In this document: piece after piece, positions 1-10,179 of the stretch
Numbering within the stretch: the stretch's first letter is position 1
Layout: each line of letters starts with the position of its first letter
The notes under the pieces: generated by a model
Seen by the model: only the letters and a program-made list of their open reading frames with translations
Database searches by the model: none
Told to the model about the DNA's origin: nothing
Translations under genes and position numbers: made by a program
Origin: Schmidtea nova
Lineage: Eukaryota
Direction of reading: 5' to 3'
NCBI GenBank assembly: GCA_044892505.1
Contig: CM097883.1
Location: 454,522,001 to 454,586,000 of the forward strand
Length of the DNA: 64,000 bases

Positions 1-278
1 AGAGCCTATTTTGAGAAGAAATTTATTTTCAGGGCCCGCCGAAAGCAGAATAGGCATAATAGAGCATCTAGTCAGAATATTATGAATTCAAATAGAAATA
101 GTATGACAGAATAAATTTGGATATACATATGTGAATGCACAATGGAATAAATGGGGACATGGATCTTTGGGACGAAGCATGAACTTATTGTATTTGATAT
201 TCAAGTTTGGTTTTCTATATAAATGTTTTTTTTAACTTTGCAATTTGTTACAATCATTTCAATTAATCAATATTTCAC

Positions 279-1262
279 CTGGTTGCCCTCGACATCCAAT
301 TTCAATCCATCCAATCCATCGCTCATATTCTTATCCGCATTCCTCAATGCCGGCATGTCCTCGTTCATTAATGCGATTTCTAGAGCGTGATCGTCACATT
401 TCCTCTGCAAATCTCCAATTTCAATCTTGATAATAATCGCAATTGATCAATAAATATCAATATTGCAATTTATTGACAAACTCGATTCCTTTGCCCATCT
501 GAAATCAATTTATCCATATTTTTTCTTATTGCAACATTTTCAGCATTCAAAGAAATTATATCCGCATTCAACTGGTCAATTTTTACGGTTTTCTCATCAG
601 ATTGGCACTGCAAATCAGAAATTTCCTCCTGAATTCTCATCATTTATCCACATCAAATCAAATATTGCATTTACTCGTCTTCTCTCGCCATCCAATTTCA
701 ATTTATTGATCTCAGTTTGCAATAAATTATTATTGGCTTTCACTATGTCCATCTCATTATTGAAATTGCCAATGAAGTCCATCAATAATTTTGTGTGCGT
801 CAATATTTCAGATTGCAAATGATCCGCAACATTATCCTGAGATATATTGCATGCGTCACATCCGATATTCGAATACGGACATGCAACTGATCGGTATTTG
901 CACATCCGTGAATGTTCTTCTATTTTTCTGATTTCATCAACAAACTCACAATTGCCATTCAGGCATTTCACTTTTAACTTTGATATTTTGCTATTAATTA
1001 CGTGATCCACTGCAATATTTTCATCCAAACTGAGCCTTTCCAGTTGACATTCGTCTGTGTTACCAGGACAAATTTTATTCTCGCCACCTAGAAAGCCTGA
1101 AATGCAAGTGAAACAAAACCTGCAACCGCACGGAACAGAGCGAGCATTGATCAATAATTTTTTACACAATAAGCATAACATATCATGCTCAATTTTTGAC
1201 ACAAATTCATAATTATTATTTGTCAATATTTGCCAAACATTTTCTAATTTTGAACCAGACAT
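279..1262 (-). CDS. TRAF: TRAF-family gene, 5' part of copy 1 (exons 1262-675, 628-482, 425-279; remainder lies before the window)
   Basis: RING (CLLC..CGCRFCFTC..CP) plus TRAF-type zinc finger. GT-AG introns of 46 and 56 nt; 147-nt phase-0 coiled-coil exons. Confidence 0.9.
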
Positions 1263-4200
1263 TTATCAGAAATATAATAATGGTAAAAATTTTTAAATCT
1301 TAAGATCCGTATTTTAAACAACAAAATATATATTTTATTAGACTAATATTATTAAGGTCAAACTTGATTAAATCATATTATTTAAACAAAGACAAAAAAG
1401 TTCAATTTAATTAAAAGTTGTCACAAGCGATGAGATTGGACAATAATTAAATGGTACTTTGTTTGCAAATTCTGTGATTTGGTATAGAATCCAAAAATCT
1501 TTTAGAGTAAAAATGCGGGGAAATGTATTGTTTACAGCGAAATGAGTTTATATGTTATTGGGATCCATAGGAACAACATAATATCGAGTAAACCTTTGCA
1601 TGATCTCAGTCGATTTTCTTTTATTTAGTCTGCCATAAAATATATACGTTCTTCCACTAAGTAGACATATTCACGAGTGTAAGTCAAACATTTTGGTAAT
1701 GGTGGGTTGTCCGTGGATATTTAATTTTGAATTTACATGTCAACGAATGATGTTAGAAGTCATCAGATGAGATTTCCTCAATTTCTCATTCGTTAATCAA
1801 CAAGATATGTACCCGTAAATGTGTGACTGGTCACGTTCACATTGGTACTGTAAATATGTAGTCAATAGGCTACTTCGGCAGTGATCACGCTTATTGCACT
1901 TTTAGGTCTTACGCTCATAACTACTCTTAAAGTCCTTTTAAATTTATCAACTCTTAACTTTTTATGGCATCGCTGTGTTCAATCTAACATATACACCTAT
2001 TTATTCACCAATTTTATCTTATTAACACCCGTCTATTCCTCCTGGTCTCTATTCCACTAAAATTCCCTTTTTTAGTCGGGTGGTTCTTATAATTATGTTC
2101 CTGACCTGTATGCACAATTGACTACAATTGACAAACACAAATTTGTCTAGCGATCTAGGGTCTTCCAAATCTTTTGGAACCCACAGCTGAATAACCGCAG
2201 AGTTCCGCAAAAAAACAAAATCTCTCCCTTTAATAAACTGTGCAATTGTTGGAAAGACGCAGTTCTCCTCTGGTCTTCTACCCATTGAGAACTTGCGGCC
2301 GGAGTGTCAACAGAGCTCTAAGTTGTTTTGAGACAATGTAATTTAGACTGTTGCTTACTTTTTAAAATAATATACTGCATCTTGCCATTGAGCAGCATGC
2401 CAAAATATTCCTAGATATTATTGGGCCCGGCGAATCGCAAAACAATCTTAAAAGGTATAAATTAAAACAAAAAAATGAAAAACAAACAATCAGCAAGCAC
2501 GGAAAACCTGAAAGAAACAGCATAACAATACAAATAATAATAATAACATAGAACTTACCGCTAGACCGAGATGAGAGAACTGTGTGATGAGTAACAAACC
2601 AACCAAGCGAAAATAAGACCTATCAAAATGTCATCAGATAAAATAAGCACAATAAACAATAATTACCAGTGATCAATTGAGAACCACCGAAGCCTGAAAT
2701 AGAAAGAATGATGAATAGTAAAAATTACAATAAAATAACCAGAGCGAGAACGACATTATGAACGGAACAAATGCGGAGGTGGACCGCTCGGACAAGATGT
2801 AGAAAATAAATATAAAATAAAAATCACTGGAGCATAAATAAAAGAATAAACATCAAACTCACCGGTCTAATAGAGAAAAACACAACAATCAAAATAAATG
2901 GATAGAAAAATAGACAACCGTGCTAAATTCTGATTGGCTGACAGGCAGCACAAATTAGTATAAATACTGAAGCAAAATCATTAGAAGTCAGTCATTTTTG
3001 CTGCGGTCATTTTTGCAGTCACATTTTACCAAGTGAACTATCTTACTAGTGTGAATTGGAAACTATTGAAATTGAAGAATTGTAACTGTGCAACTAATAA
3101 AAGGTATGTTCCATCTTGTTGTTTGTTATTAATTAAACCCTCTTGAACTTAAATTCTATAAGGTTTTGTCCTGAAGATCTAACGATCTGACGGGATTCTC
3201 GGCCTCTCGGCACAACATATTTTCATATGAGGTGCTGATGCGGCGAGACCATAGGTGTTATAAATAATTGGGAAGGGTAAGGGTGCACATAGCTCGTTCA
3301 TATCACTAACCAGCCGAGGAATTAAGTCAGATAATCAATAATAGTCGGAGCCAATATCAGTCTAGTTCAGCGTAAGCAACCTGACAATATAATTCATATG
3401 TAAGGGAAGGAGAACGTTAACAACTTGAGATGATGAACCTAATAACCAGGGAGTCAAGTTTCAGTTTCAGTCACATAAGACTAAGTCCCACAACCCAACC
3501 CAGTATATAAATCCATCTAATCGACTCGAATGTCTATAAATTGAGTATGAGTGAAAAGTTGCTTGATGCAGTAAAAAATTCAATGTGTGATGATGAAGAC
3601 CAACAATGCGTATGAGAATGAAATTCAATAAAACATAAATATTGTGATCAACCCACAATAATAGTCTACAGTCAACATCTAAATCTGTGTAGTAGTGTCA
3701 GCAACTTTAGTATGAAAACCAACCGCAACATCAGCGGGTAGGCAGGCCTATATATTGACCACTGATCAAGCAATGAATTATCTCGTGATTAAATTTTATA
3801 GAAACAGGAATGCATGGAATCAACCAGGTAATTAATTTGCTTATGCTCTAGGTGTGATGAAGGAATGCTGCTAGATTAGATTGACCTGATGAAAGGATGC
3901 ATGTTCAGGAGATATATCTGAATGATGATTGAAATACTCACGAATCTATATATCCATCTTTAGAAAATGATTTGCCGAAGGACGCGACGACAAGGCCATC
4001 CCGATCAGCGTTGACAAGCCATAGAATCCGCACTTATCCCTGGTGCCATAAAACAGTCGGCAGAACGACGTCTAAGAGCATGGATACGCGACACGTCGAT
4101 CCCGCCACCCGAATGGCCATCCAGTCCTTCCAATGGCGAGTACGTTGGGAAAGCGACCCGGAATGGTTGACACCAGCAGACAGGCCGAAGCGAGAAAAAC

Positions 4201-4754
4201 TCCGATGGTTCTTATAACTCGAAGATGCAGAACAACAACCCAAATGGATAATTAGCGATCCATCCGTACGAGGATCGGATTTCTATCGTCTCAGATACCT
4301 CCTCTCGGATCAGCCCAGAAGTAGAACAACCAGAGAGAGCCTTACCTACATGCTCCCGGAAATGTAGATATGAACCTCAAAAAATATGAACCCCTGTCCC
4401 GAAATATACCTGCCGGATGAAACCGGACGGGCGGATAGGCAACTCGATCAAGATCTCCTGGAATATTTGTAATGACTCCGAGCAGAACATTTGGAAGTTG
4501 CGTCGTGATCTATGTTTTGTTTAATAAATATCTAAACCCCTCTGTTATTTGAATCTGTCTGTGATGTGTGTATCGAGCGGTGAAAGTGTGAATGACGTAG
4601 GAATGATGAGAGAAATGTACTAGGTGGAGTATACGAGAGAAGGGTGAAGCCACAGACGGCAAGAACCACAACCATGTAAGGTCCCAAGGGATAAGGGGGA
4701 AATACAGGCCCGTAACAACCCCAATTCAGACGAAAATTAACCCTTTCCTTTTAG

Positions 4755-5312
4755 ATGAACCATACTAATCCTCGCGACTACAGGAGAGAGGCCAAGGAAT
4801 ATAAAGCTCGCGCTAAAGTCCTAGAGAGCAGATTACGTCAATTGAACGACGAACATCAGCGTATCAAAACCACCTGGTTTAACTCGGAACGAGTAAGGTC
4901 GATCTTACAGGCACGGCATAGAGCAGAGCGAATCGCCGAGGAGCAAACGAGGGAGACAGCAGCGGTGAGGCTGGAGTTACACAATTACCTGAAAGCCTCC
5001 ACCCAGGAATTCATCTCCCAACAACTACGCCCACTTATCAGAGCGAGTACGTTTAATCGCTGGGTAGATACGATATCTACGGCGACAAGTACTCAGACGG
5101 AGATGGAACCTAGTTCTACGACAACCTCTCCAGAGATGGTGAAACCAGTGGAAGGTTCAAAGAGGACAAAGCGCAGAAATCGCTTAGGGGCGAAAAGACG
5201 ACGGGAGCGCAGGGCGTACGCCGAAAGACTTGGTATTGAAGTGGATCTATTAAGCGGGCTGACCGAGGGACAGTTGTTGGATGTTATTAATCCCTCTGTG
5301 ATATTGAATTAA
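4755..5312 (+). CDS. Orphan 185-aa protein: coiled coil, Ser/Thr linker, Arg/Lys-rich patch
   Basis: Intact ATG-TAA ORF starting directly after the acceptor ccttttAG, followed by AATAAA and a GTATGT donor. No family recognised. Confidence 0.6.
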   Translation: MNHTNPRDYRREAKEYKARAKVLESRLRQLNDEHQRIKTTWFNSERVRSILQARHRAERIAEEQTRETAAVRLELHNYLKASTQEFISQQLRPLIRASTFNRWVDTISTATSTQTEMEPSSTTTSPEMVKPVEGSKRTKRRNRLGAKRRRERRAYAERLGIEVDLLSGLTEGQLLDVINPSVILN

Positions 5313-5437
5313 TAATAAATGTATGTTAGTTCATGGACTTGATTTGATTGATTGAGGAATGCATGTGGAAATATGTAAAGCCAATCAACACGAAACCGAT
5401 TCATTTTACGCTAGAGGTACCCCGAAATTGAACTTAT

Positions 5438-5665
5438 CTTAGAGTAACTAAAGCGAGCGTAGAAAGCAGGGACCGAAAGAAATCCACATAAACCTTCTAT
5501 CGGTAGTGGTGGACCCGTGAATAAACAAGGGAATAGTAGCCGCAAGGTTGCTCACCTGCCTTGTCATTTCACAACGTTGACACGGTACCAACATGATGAG
5601 TAGTTAGGGATACATCATGGGTGTCAGCGGGGGAGATATTTTTATGTTGGCGAGATCACTCTAAC
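5438..5665 (+). ncRNA. Conserved structured RNA motif, variant A (unknown family)
   Basis: Shares CTTAGAGTAA, CCTTCYATCGG, AGTAG..GCAA..GCTCAYCTGC, GTACCAACAT, TTAGGGA and ATGGGT with 8666-8877; stems show compensatory changes. Confidence 0.6.
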
Positions 5666-5709
5666 ATATAAAATCAAATTCGATCTCAGTTGAACAACTA
5701 ACCAACACA

Positions 5710-6240
5710 CCAGCAATATGATGTTTGTGACCATTGCAGTTGGTGTCGTTCTTTCAGGTGCTCTTCTGTGTTTTATTCTAAGACTTATATTGAAAATAAT
5801 TTTATTCGGTGAAAAATCTTCTTCGAGGTTTCAAACATTTTCTACATAAAATCTTCTCGTTGCAATAATATTTTCTTTGTGGAATTTGCTTTATCAGCTT
5901 CAATGATTAATGAAGATCTTGAAGGCACTCGTGAATAGATTAGATATGTTAATGCCAAAGTTAAAGTTATTCGATACAGCTGCTCCAATGCGTATTAACG
6001 AGAGGGTACAATCGTTGTCTACAAGATTTCTTATTTCCTTTACTGTGCCTTGATTCACCTCTTGGAATAGCAACAGTTCTTCCGGTCTTTTTAAAGGTAT
6101 CAATGGTGCTATATATGGTGCTATTTTGTAAACTTTCATATGCAGCTATTGACGCTACAGATTGTCTAGTGTTATAAGCTTGAATAATCCGCGATCTACG
6201 CCTTGCATCAAATTTATCATAGGATTGCCTTCTGTTTCTC
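5710..6240 (-). pseudogene. Tc1/IS630-like transposase remnant (HTH and N-terminal region; second copy at about 43520-44050)
   Basis: Frameshifted translation RRSRIIQAYN..SVASIA..STIYSTIDTFKKTG..IPRG / VKEIRNLVDNDCTLSL / SLKLIKQIP / NIIATRRFYV resembles IS630-Tc1 N-termini. Confidence 0.7.
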
Positions 6241-6569
6241 GCTGTTAGTATTTAAATAGACGTGTTTTCCTACTGATTTATTATATCATTTCCCGTATGG
6301 TTAGCAAGGTTTGTTTGACTAATATAAATTAGAAAATTGGATTTTTCATGGTTATCAAGTGATAAAAAACAAAATGTTTCTTGCCCTGAAATCATAACGA
6401 TGGGGTAGGATGCTTCACACAACTCTGGAATTTTACCAAATAAATTGTGAATAGAGGTTTTCATATTAATTAAATTATTTTACAGGTGAATTTTTTTTCT
6501 ATGAAATCATATTTAAAATAATAATACGGGAAAATGTATTCTGAAGTTAATTATCATGGTAGAAATGTA

Positions 6570-6810
6570 CCACATATTTCCCCCGGAGGTAAATCCTAGG
6601 GTCTATTAAATTTCTCATCATTAGCAATTGTTCCTTGGATACTTTTTCCATATAAATCATCTTTGTTACCAACAACGTAATTCGGTCCCATAATTCTGAC
6701 TTTTCTTTCAGCTCCTACCTTGTCTGCAATCGGTACCATTTTGCTGATGTATATCACTAAATTTCCATTGGAATCACAATTTTTCATTGAAATTGCAACT
6801 GCAGTAAGCC
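6570..6810 (-). pseudogene. EEF2: Elongation factor 2 domain II fragment (second copy at about 44380-44620)
   Basis: [45 protein letters not shown] / LMM / DLPPGEICG matches eEF2 [34 protein letters not shown]; internal deletion and frameshifts. Confidence 0.85.
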
Positions 6811-7099
6811 ATTTTCGTACGCTACATTTCAGTAACGGTTTTCTTCACTATTTAACTTTAAGCTCATTTTCGTTGCCAATCCAACATAATATTCCATTAA
6901 TTTGCTCATTACTTTGTTATGAGCCGAACGCGTCAATCAGTCAACGAGATATCAATGATATACCGACGCTCGGTTATATTCGTGTTAGTTCGGTCCATCT
7001 TGTTTCTTTCTCTGAAACTGTGTCTGTACCTTTCTAAGAAATATTCATACCCGCCTTTTGAGTTTAGTGGTTTCAATACTTTCTTTTAGTGTATTTATA

Positions 7100-7629
7100 G
7101 ACAATTGAAAATTATTGTTCTGGAGAAAGGTCATTTTCAAGGCTTAAAAATATCAAAAATGAATTAAGAAGCACAATGACCCAGACGAGTTTGTCTTCAT
7201 TGAGTATTTTGTGCATCGAAAATGAGACCTTCAGAAAAATTAATTTTGATGATCTTATAGAAGAATTCTGTGCAAAAAAAATTTAGAAAAAAATTCTTTT
7301 AATTTACTACTTCATTCGTCCTTAGCGTTTTATTATATTAGATTTTGTTTCCTTGTAATTGTTATGTGTTGTGTTGATTATTATTATTATTATTGTTATA
7401 TGATTAGTTATTGTTTTGGTTCTGAGAATAAATGTCTAAATAAATATTCTCAACTTTTTTTGTATTATCTTTGCCACATTGTACTAATCCTAACATATTT
7501 CATTAAACGTATATCACAGTATTAATGTATTTTATTATCTGTCATGTAATTTACAAACTGAAAAATAGGAGGTGAAAGGGCCTCATAAGTGTAATAGCCT
7601 AGGGCCTCTCTTCAGCTAAATCCGGCCCT
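7100..7629 (+). mobile_element. hAT transposon 3' end (second copy at about 44910-45439)
   Basis: GERSFSRLKNIKNELRSTMTQ..LSSLSILCIE is the hAT dimerisation domain; terminal CTAAATCCGGCCCT is a typical hAT TIR. Confidence 0.85.
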
Positions 7630-7879
7630 CTTTGTAAACATGATATTTTCCAAAATCATGTATTGTAATGATGGTGGTTGAAGCATGACGGAGTCGATTG
7701 TATGATATTTTAGAGCGTGTTATATTTTAGCTGGATTTTGGGGTGTTGAATAAATAAAAAGATCAACAGGTAACTAATTAATTTATGAGAATTGATACAC
7801 ATCGCTGATTATCTAATATGAATTTAAAAATGTATAAGAAAATGTATAAAATAGCAACAGAAAAATATTTTGGCTAATA

Positions 7880-8934
7880 CGTGCATGCAGTCTCGACACG
7901 AGCTTACACGTATTGTCCTAGCGACTGGTGTTGGGGGTCGGTAAGATGATAGAAACCGAGAGGAAAGCCGCTGCATACACCAACAGTTTTGCTAACCGTT
8001 GTATAGCAACCCCGCATCAGTAGTGGACACACAACCACTCAAAAATAGTATATAAAAACCATTGAAAATTCATAATTTTAACACTTTCTGAAATCAAAAT
8101 TTGCGGACAGTCGGTTTGAGTGATCCCACCAGCCAACTTTGGTCATTTTATTGGTTTATTCACGGAAACTAAACGTTTACGAGTTTACTCAAGTACTATT
8201 TTTATTTTTATAATGCGTAATTGGAAGTTTTTCTATAAATTGTTCATTGATGTTAATAAATATTTGGTATATCAGTTTTGAATTTGTTTTGAAATTGGAA
8301 GTTTTTCTATAAATTGTAAATTGATTTTAATAAATATTTGAAATATTAGTCTTGAGTTAATTTTTGATTTAGTAATCCCCGATTTAAATTTGGCTCATAA
8401 AGTAAATAGACGCATCTCTGTGGTGAAAATCGTGAAGGTGATTCCGTACGAGTGGCGCTGTTTATGGGACCCCGGTATGGTGAGTACATAATAAAATTAC
8501 TGACACTTAAATCAGGGGGATGGGAATCAGCAAATTACAGACACAAGTGTAAGGTAAACATGAGGCAGTTAACAGAGGTTAAATAGATAATTTTAAGGAT
8601 GAATAAGTGAAAATCGAAGATAGAATCAAGTAATAGAAAGTTAAGATTTAATCATGTGATAGGAGCTTAGAGTAAGCAGATGCGTAAGTCCTTCCATCGG
8701 CAGCAGAAACCCGAAAGAGAGAATATAGTGAGTAGTTTCGGCAACGGAGCTCATCTGCTCACTAGATTCTCACCACCGCGTATAGTACCAACATAGTTAA
8801 TTAGGGAATAACTATGGGTACACGAGTGAGGTAGCGTAATATTTATGAGGGGCAATGGGTTATATTAATCCCTAGTTTCAATAATAATTTTTACAACAAC
8901 ACCCATACAACCCAGCATTACTGTTTTATTTCAG
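7880..8934 (+). mobile_element. LTR-like element B with PBS-like site, splice donor and structured RNA (second copy at about 45690-46744)
   Basis: TATA at about 8050; 48-bp internal direct repeat (8219/8293); PBS-like TGGCGCTGTTTATGGGAC at 8452; donor GTGAGT at about 8480; acceptor TTTCAG at 8934. Confidence 0.45.
8666..8877 (+). ncRNA. Conserved structured RNA motif, variant B (unknown family)
   Basis: Stems AGCAGATG/CATCTGCT, TTCG-GCAA-CGGA and GTACC-AA-CATAGTT/AACTATG-GGTAC. Loop ATTAGGGA pairs with TCCCTAGT. Confidence 0.6.
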
Positions 8935-10179
8935 TCATTAGATATATATTTTTTTTATTTAATTTATTAATAGTATCATCTGATAATAAATTTCATCAAT
9001 AAAAATTGCAACCCGATCGGCGATAACTCTGGCCATTATTCAAATAGAGCCCACATGGGGAAAATTCTCAATAGTTAAACCAATATTGACTGCCAATTAG
9101 TGTGATATTTAAGGAAATAACTGTTTTCTGAAATTTAATAATTTTTTAAAGCAGGTTACTAAAAATTTAGGGTTTATTTTAGAGAAATTGCAGAATCTTT
9201 GAAGATTTCAAAATAAATTTTACACATTATTCTATATGATTTTTCTTCGATTAAAGAAAATCTTTCATTTCGAAACCAGGTCTCAAAAACATGTCTAATC
9301 AATCGAAAAGTAAATTAACATTCGATTTTATTTCTAGATTTAAATACACCTGATTGCTATTTGATTGTAAATATTGTTATAATTCCTATTTATAAGAATG
9401 ATAATTAAATGCATTCTTGAGTAACATTTGTTAAAATAAATTTTCATTCAAGTGAAATACACGCGAACTAGTATTATAGAAGGTGCTATTCAACGTTATA
9501 CATCAGGAGACTTTTCGTTACACTTATCGTTACACTATTCTATATCTTTGAAATATTAATTTGTGTTAATTCAGACTAATTTTTAATTTCAAGATGAAAA
9601 TTTATCTATTAAAACATAATAAATTTTCAAATAGAAATTATTTGGTTGTTCTTTAATTTAGTCTAAAATTTTGATGTTATTTACTTATTTAAGCGTAACG
9701 ATACATCGGTAGACTTGCAGAAATTTACTCTAATTCGAGTGGATGTTTTCAGGTGCTATACAAACAAATTTTAACTACTTTATCGCAGGGCATACTTTAT
9801 AAATAGAAATCTTATACTGGGTTTTTGTTGTTCTCAATGCTTATATTTGACAGGTCAGCAAAAGTTAATTGACTGAAACTGAAGAACTGATTATTCAAAA
9901 ATGTTCTACATTATTTTTTGGGTAAGTACGTATAATTAATTTAATTACTTTTGATATATTCTAATTGTAGATAAACTTTTGCAGAGATCAGTGGTGAAAA
10001 ACGCTATGGATAAAATTAACTAAATAAATTATATTGGAAATAATTATCCTTTCATGTGGAAATTAAATTCGCATTTAATTTTACTGAACATTGGGTAACT
10101 GTATTTTGTTAAATATAATTTATAAATCTAATATTCATAGTTATAAATTTTATTTTTTAGGTTTAAAAAAACTCTTATA

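Larger units (their letters stand above)
2460..5750 (+). mobile_element. LTR-like element A: divergent spliced transcription units, degenerate ORF, 185-aa accessory ORF and structured RNA
   Basis: CCAAT (about 2930) and TATA (about 2957). Plus-strand intron 3104-3162; minus-strand introns 2666-2620 and 2558-2508; AATAAA immediately followed by splice donors. No pol or TSD seen, so the class is inferred. Confidence 0.5.

Noticed and set aside
245-822. Plus-strand ORFs 245-430 and 463-822 (and copies), 11403-11726, 15925-16110, 34878-35090, 36856-37119
   Set aside because: Antisense shadows of TRAF, MULE or coiled-coil coding sequence.
5438-5665. Assignment of the RNA motif to pistol, twister, hammerhead, HDV-like ribozymes or group I/II introns
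   Set aside because: The catalytic consensus residues (pistol AAA/GCG/GU, twister CAAGC loop, CUGANGA, group I P7, group II D5) are not present in both variants.
8731-8752. TCGGCAACGGAGC resembles SRP RNA helix 8
   Set aside because: The CAGG side of the SRP54-binding loop is missing, variant A does not keep the match, and there is no Alu domain.
8800-8807. TTAGGG loop as a telomerase template or telomeric array
   Set aside because: Single repeat in the wrong sense for a template; no 1.5-repeat CTAACCCTAA and no tandem TTAGGG tract in the window.
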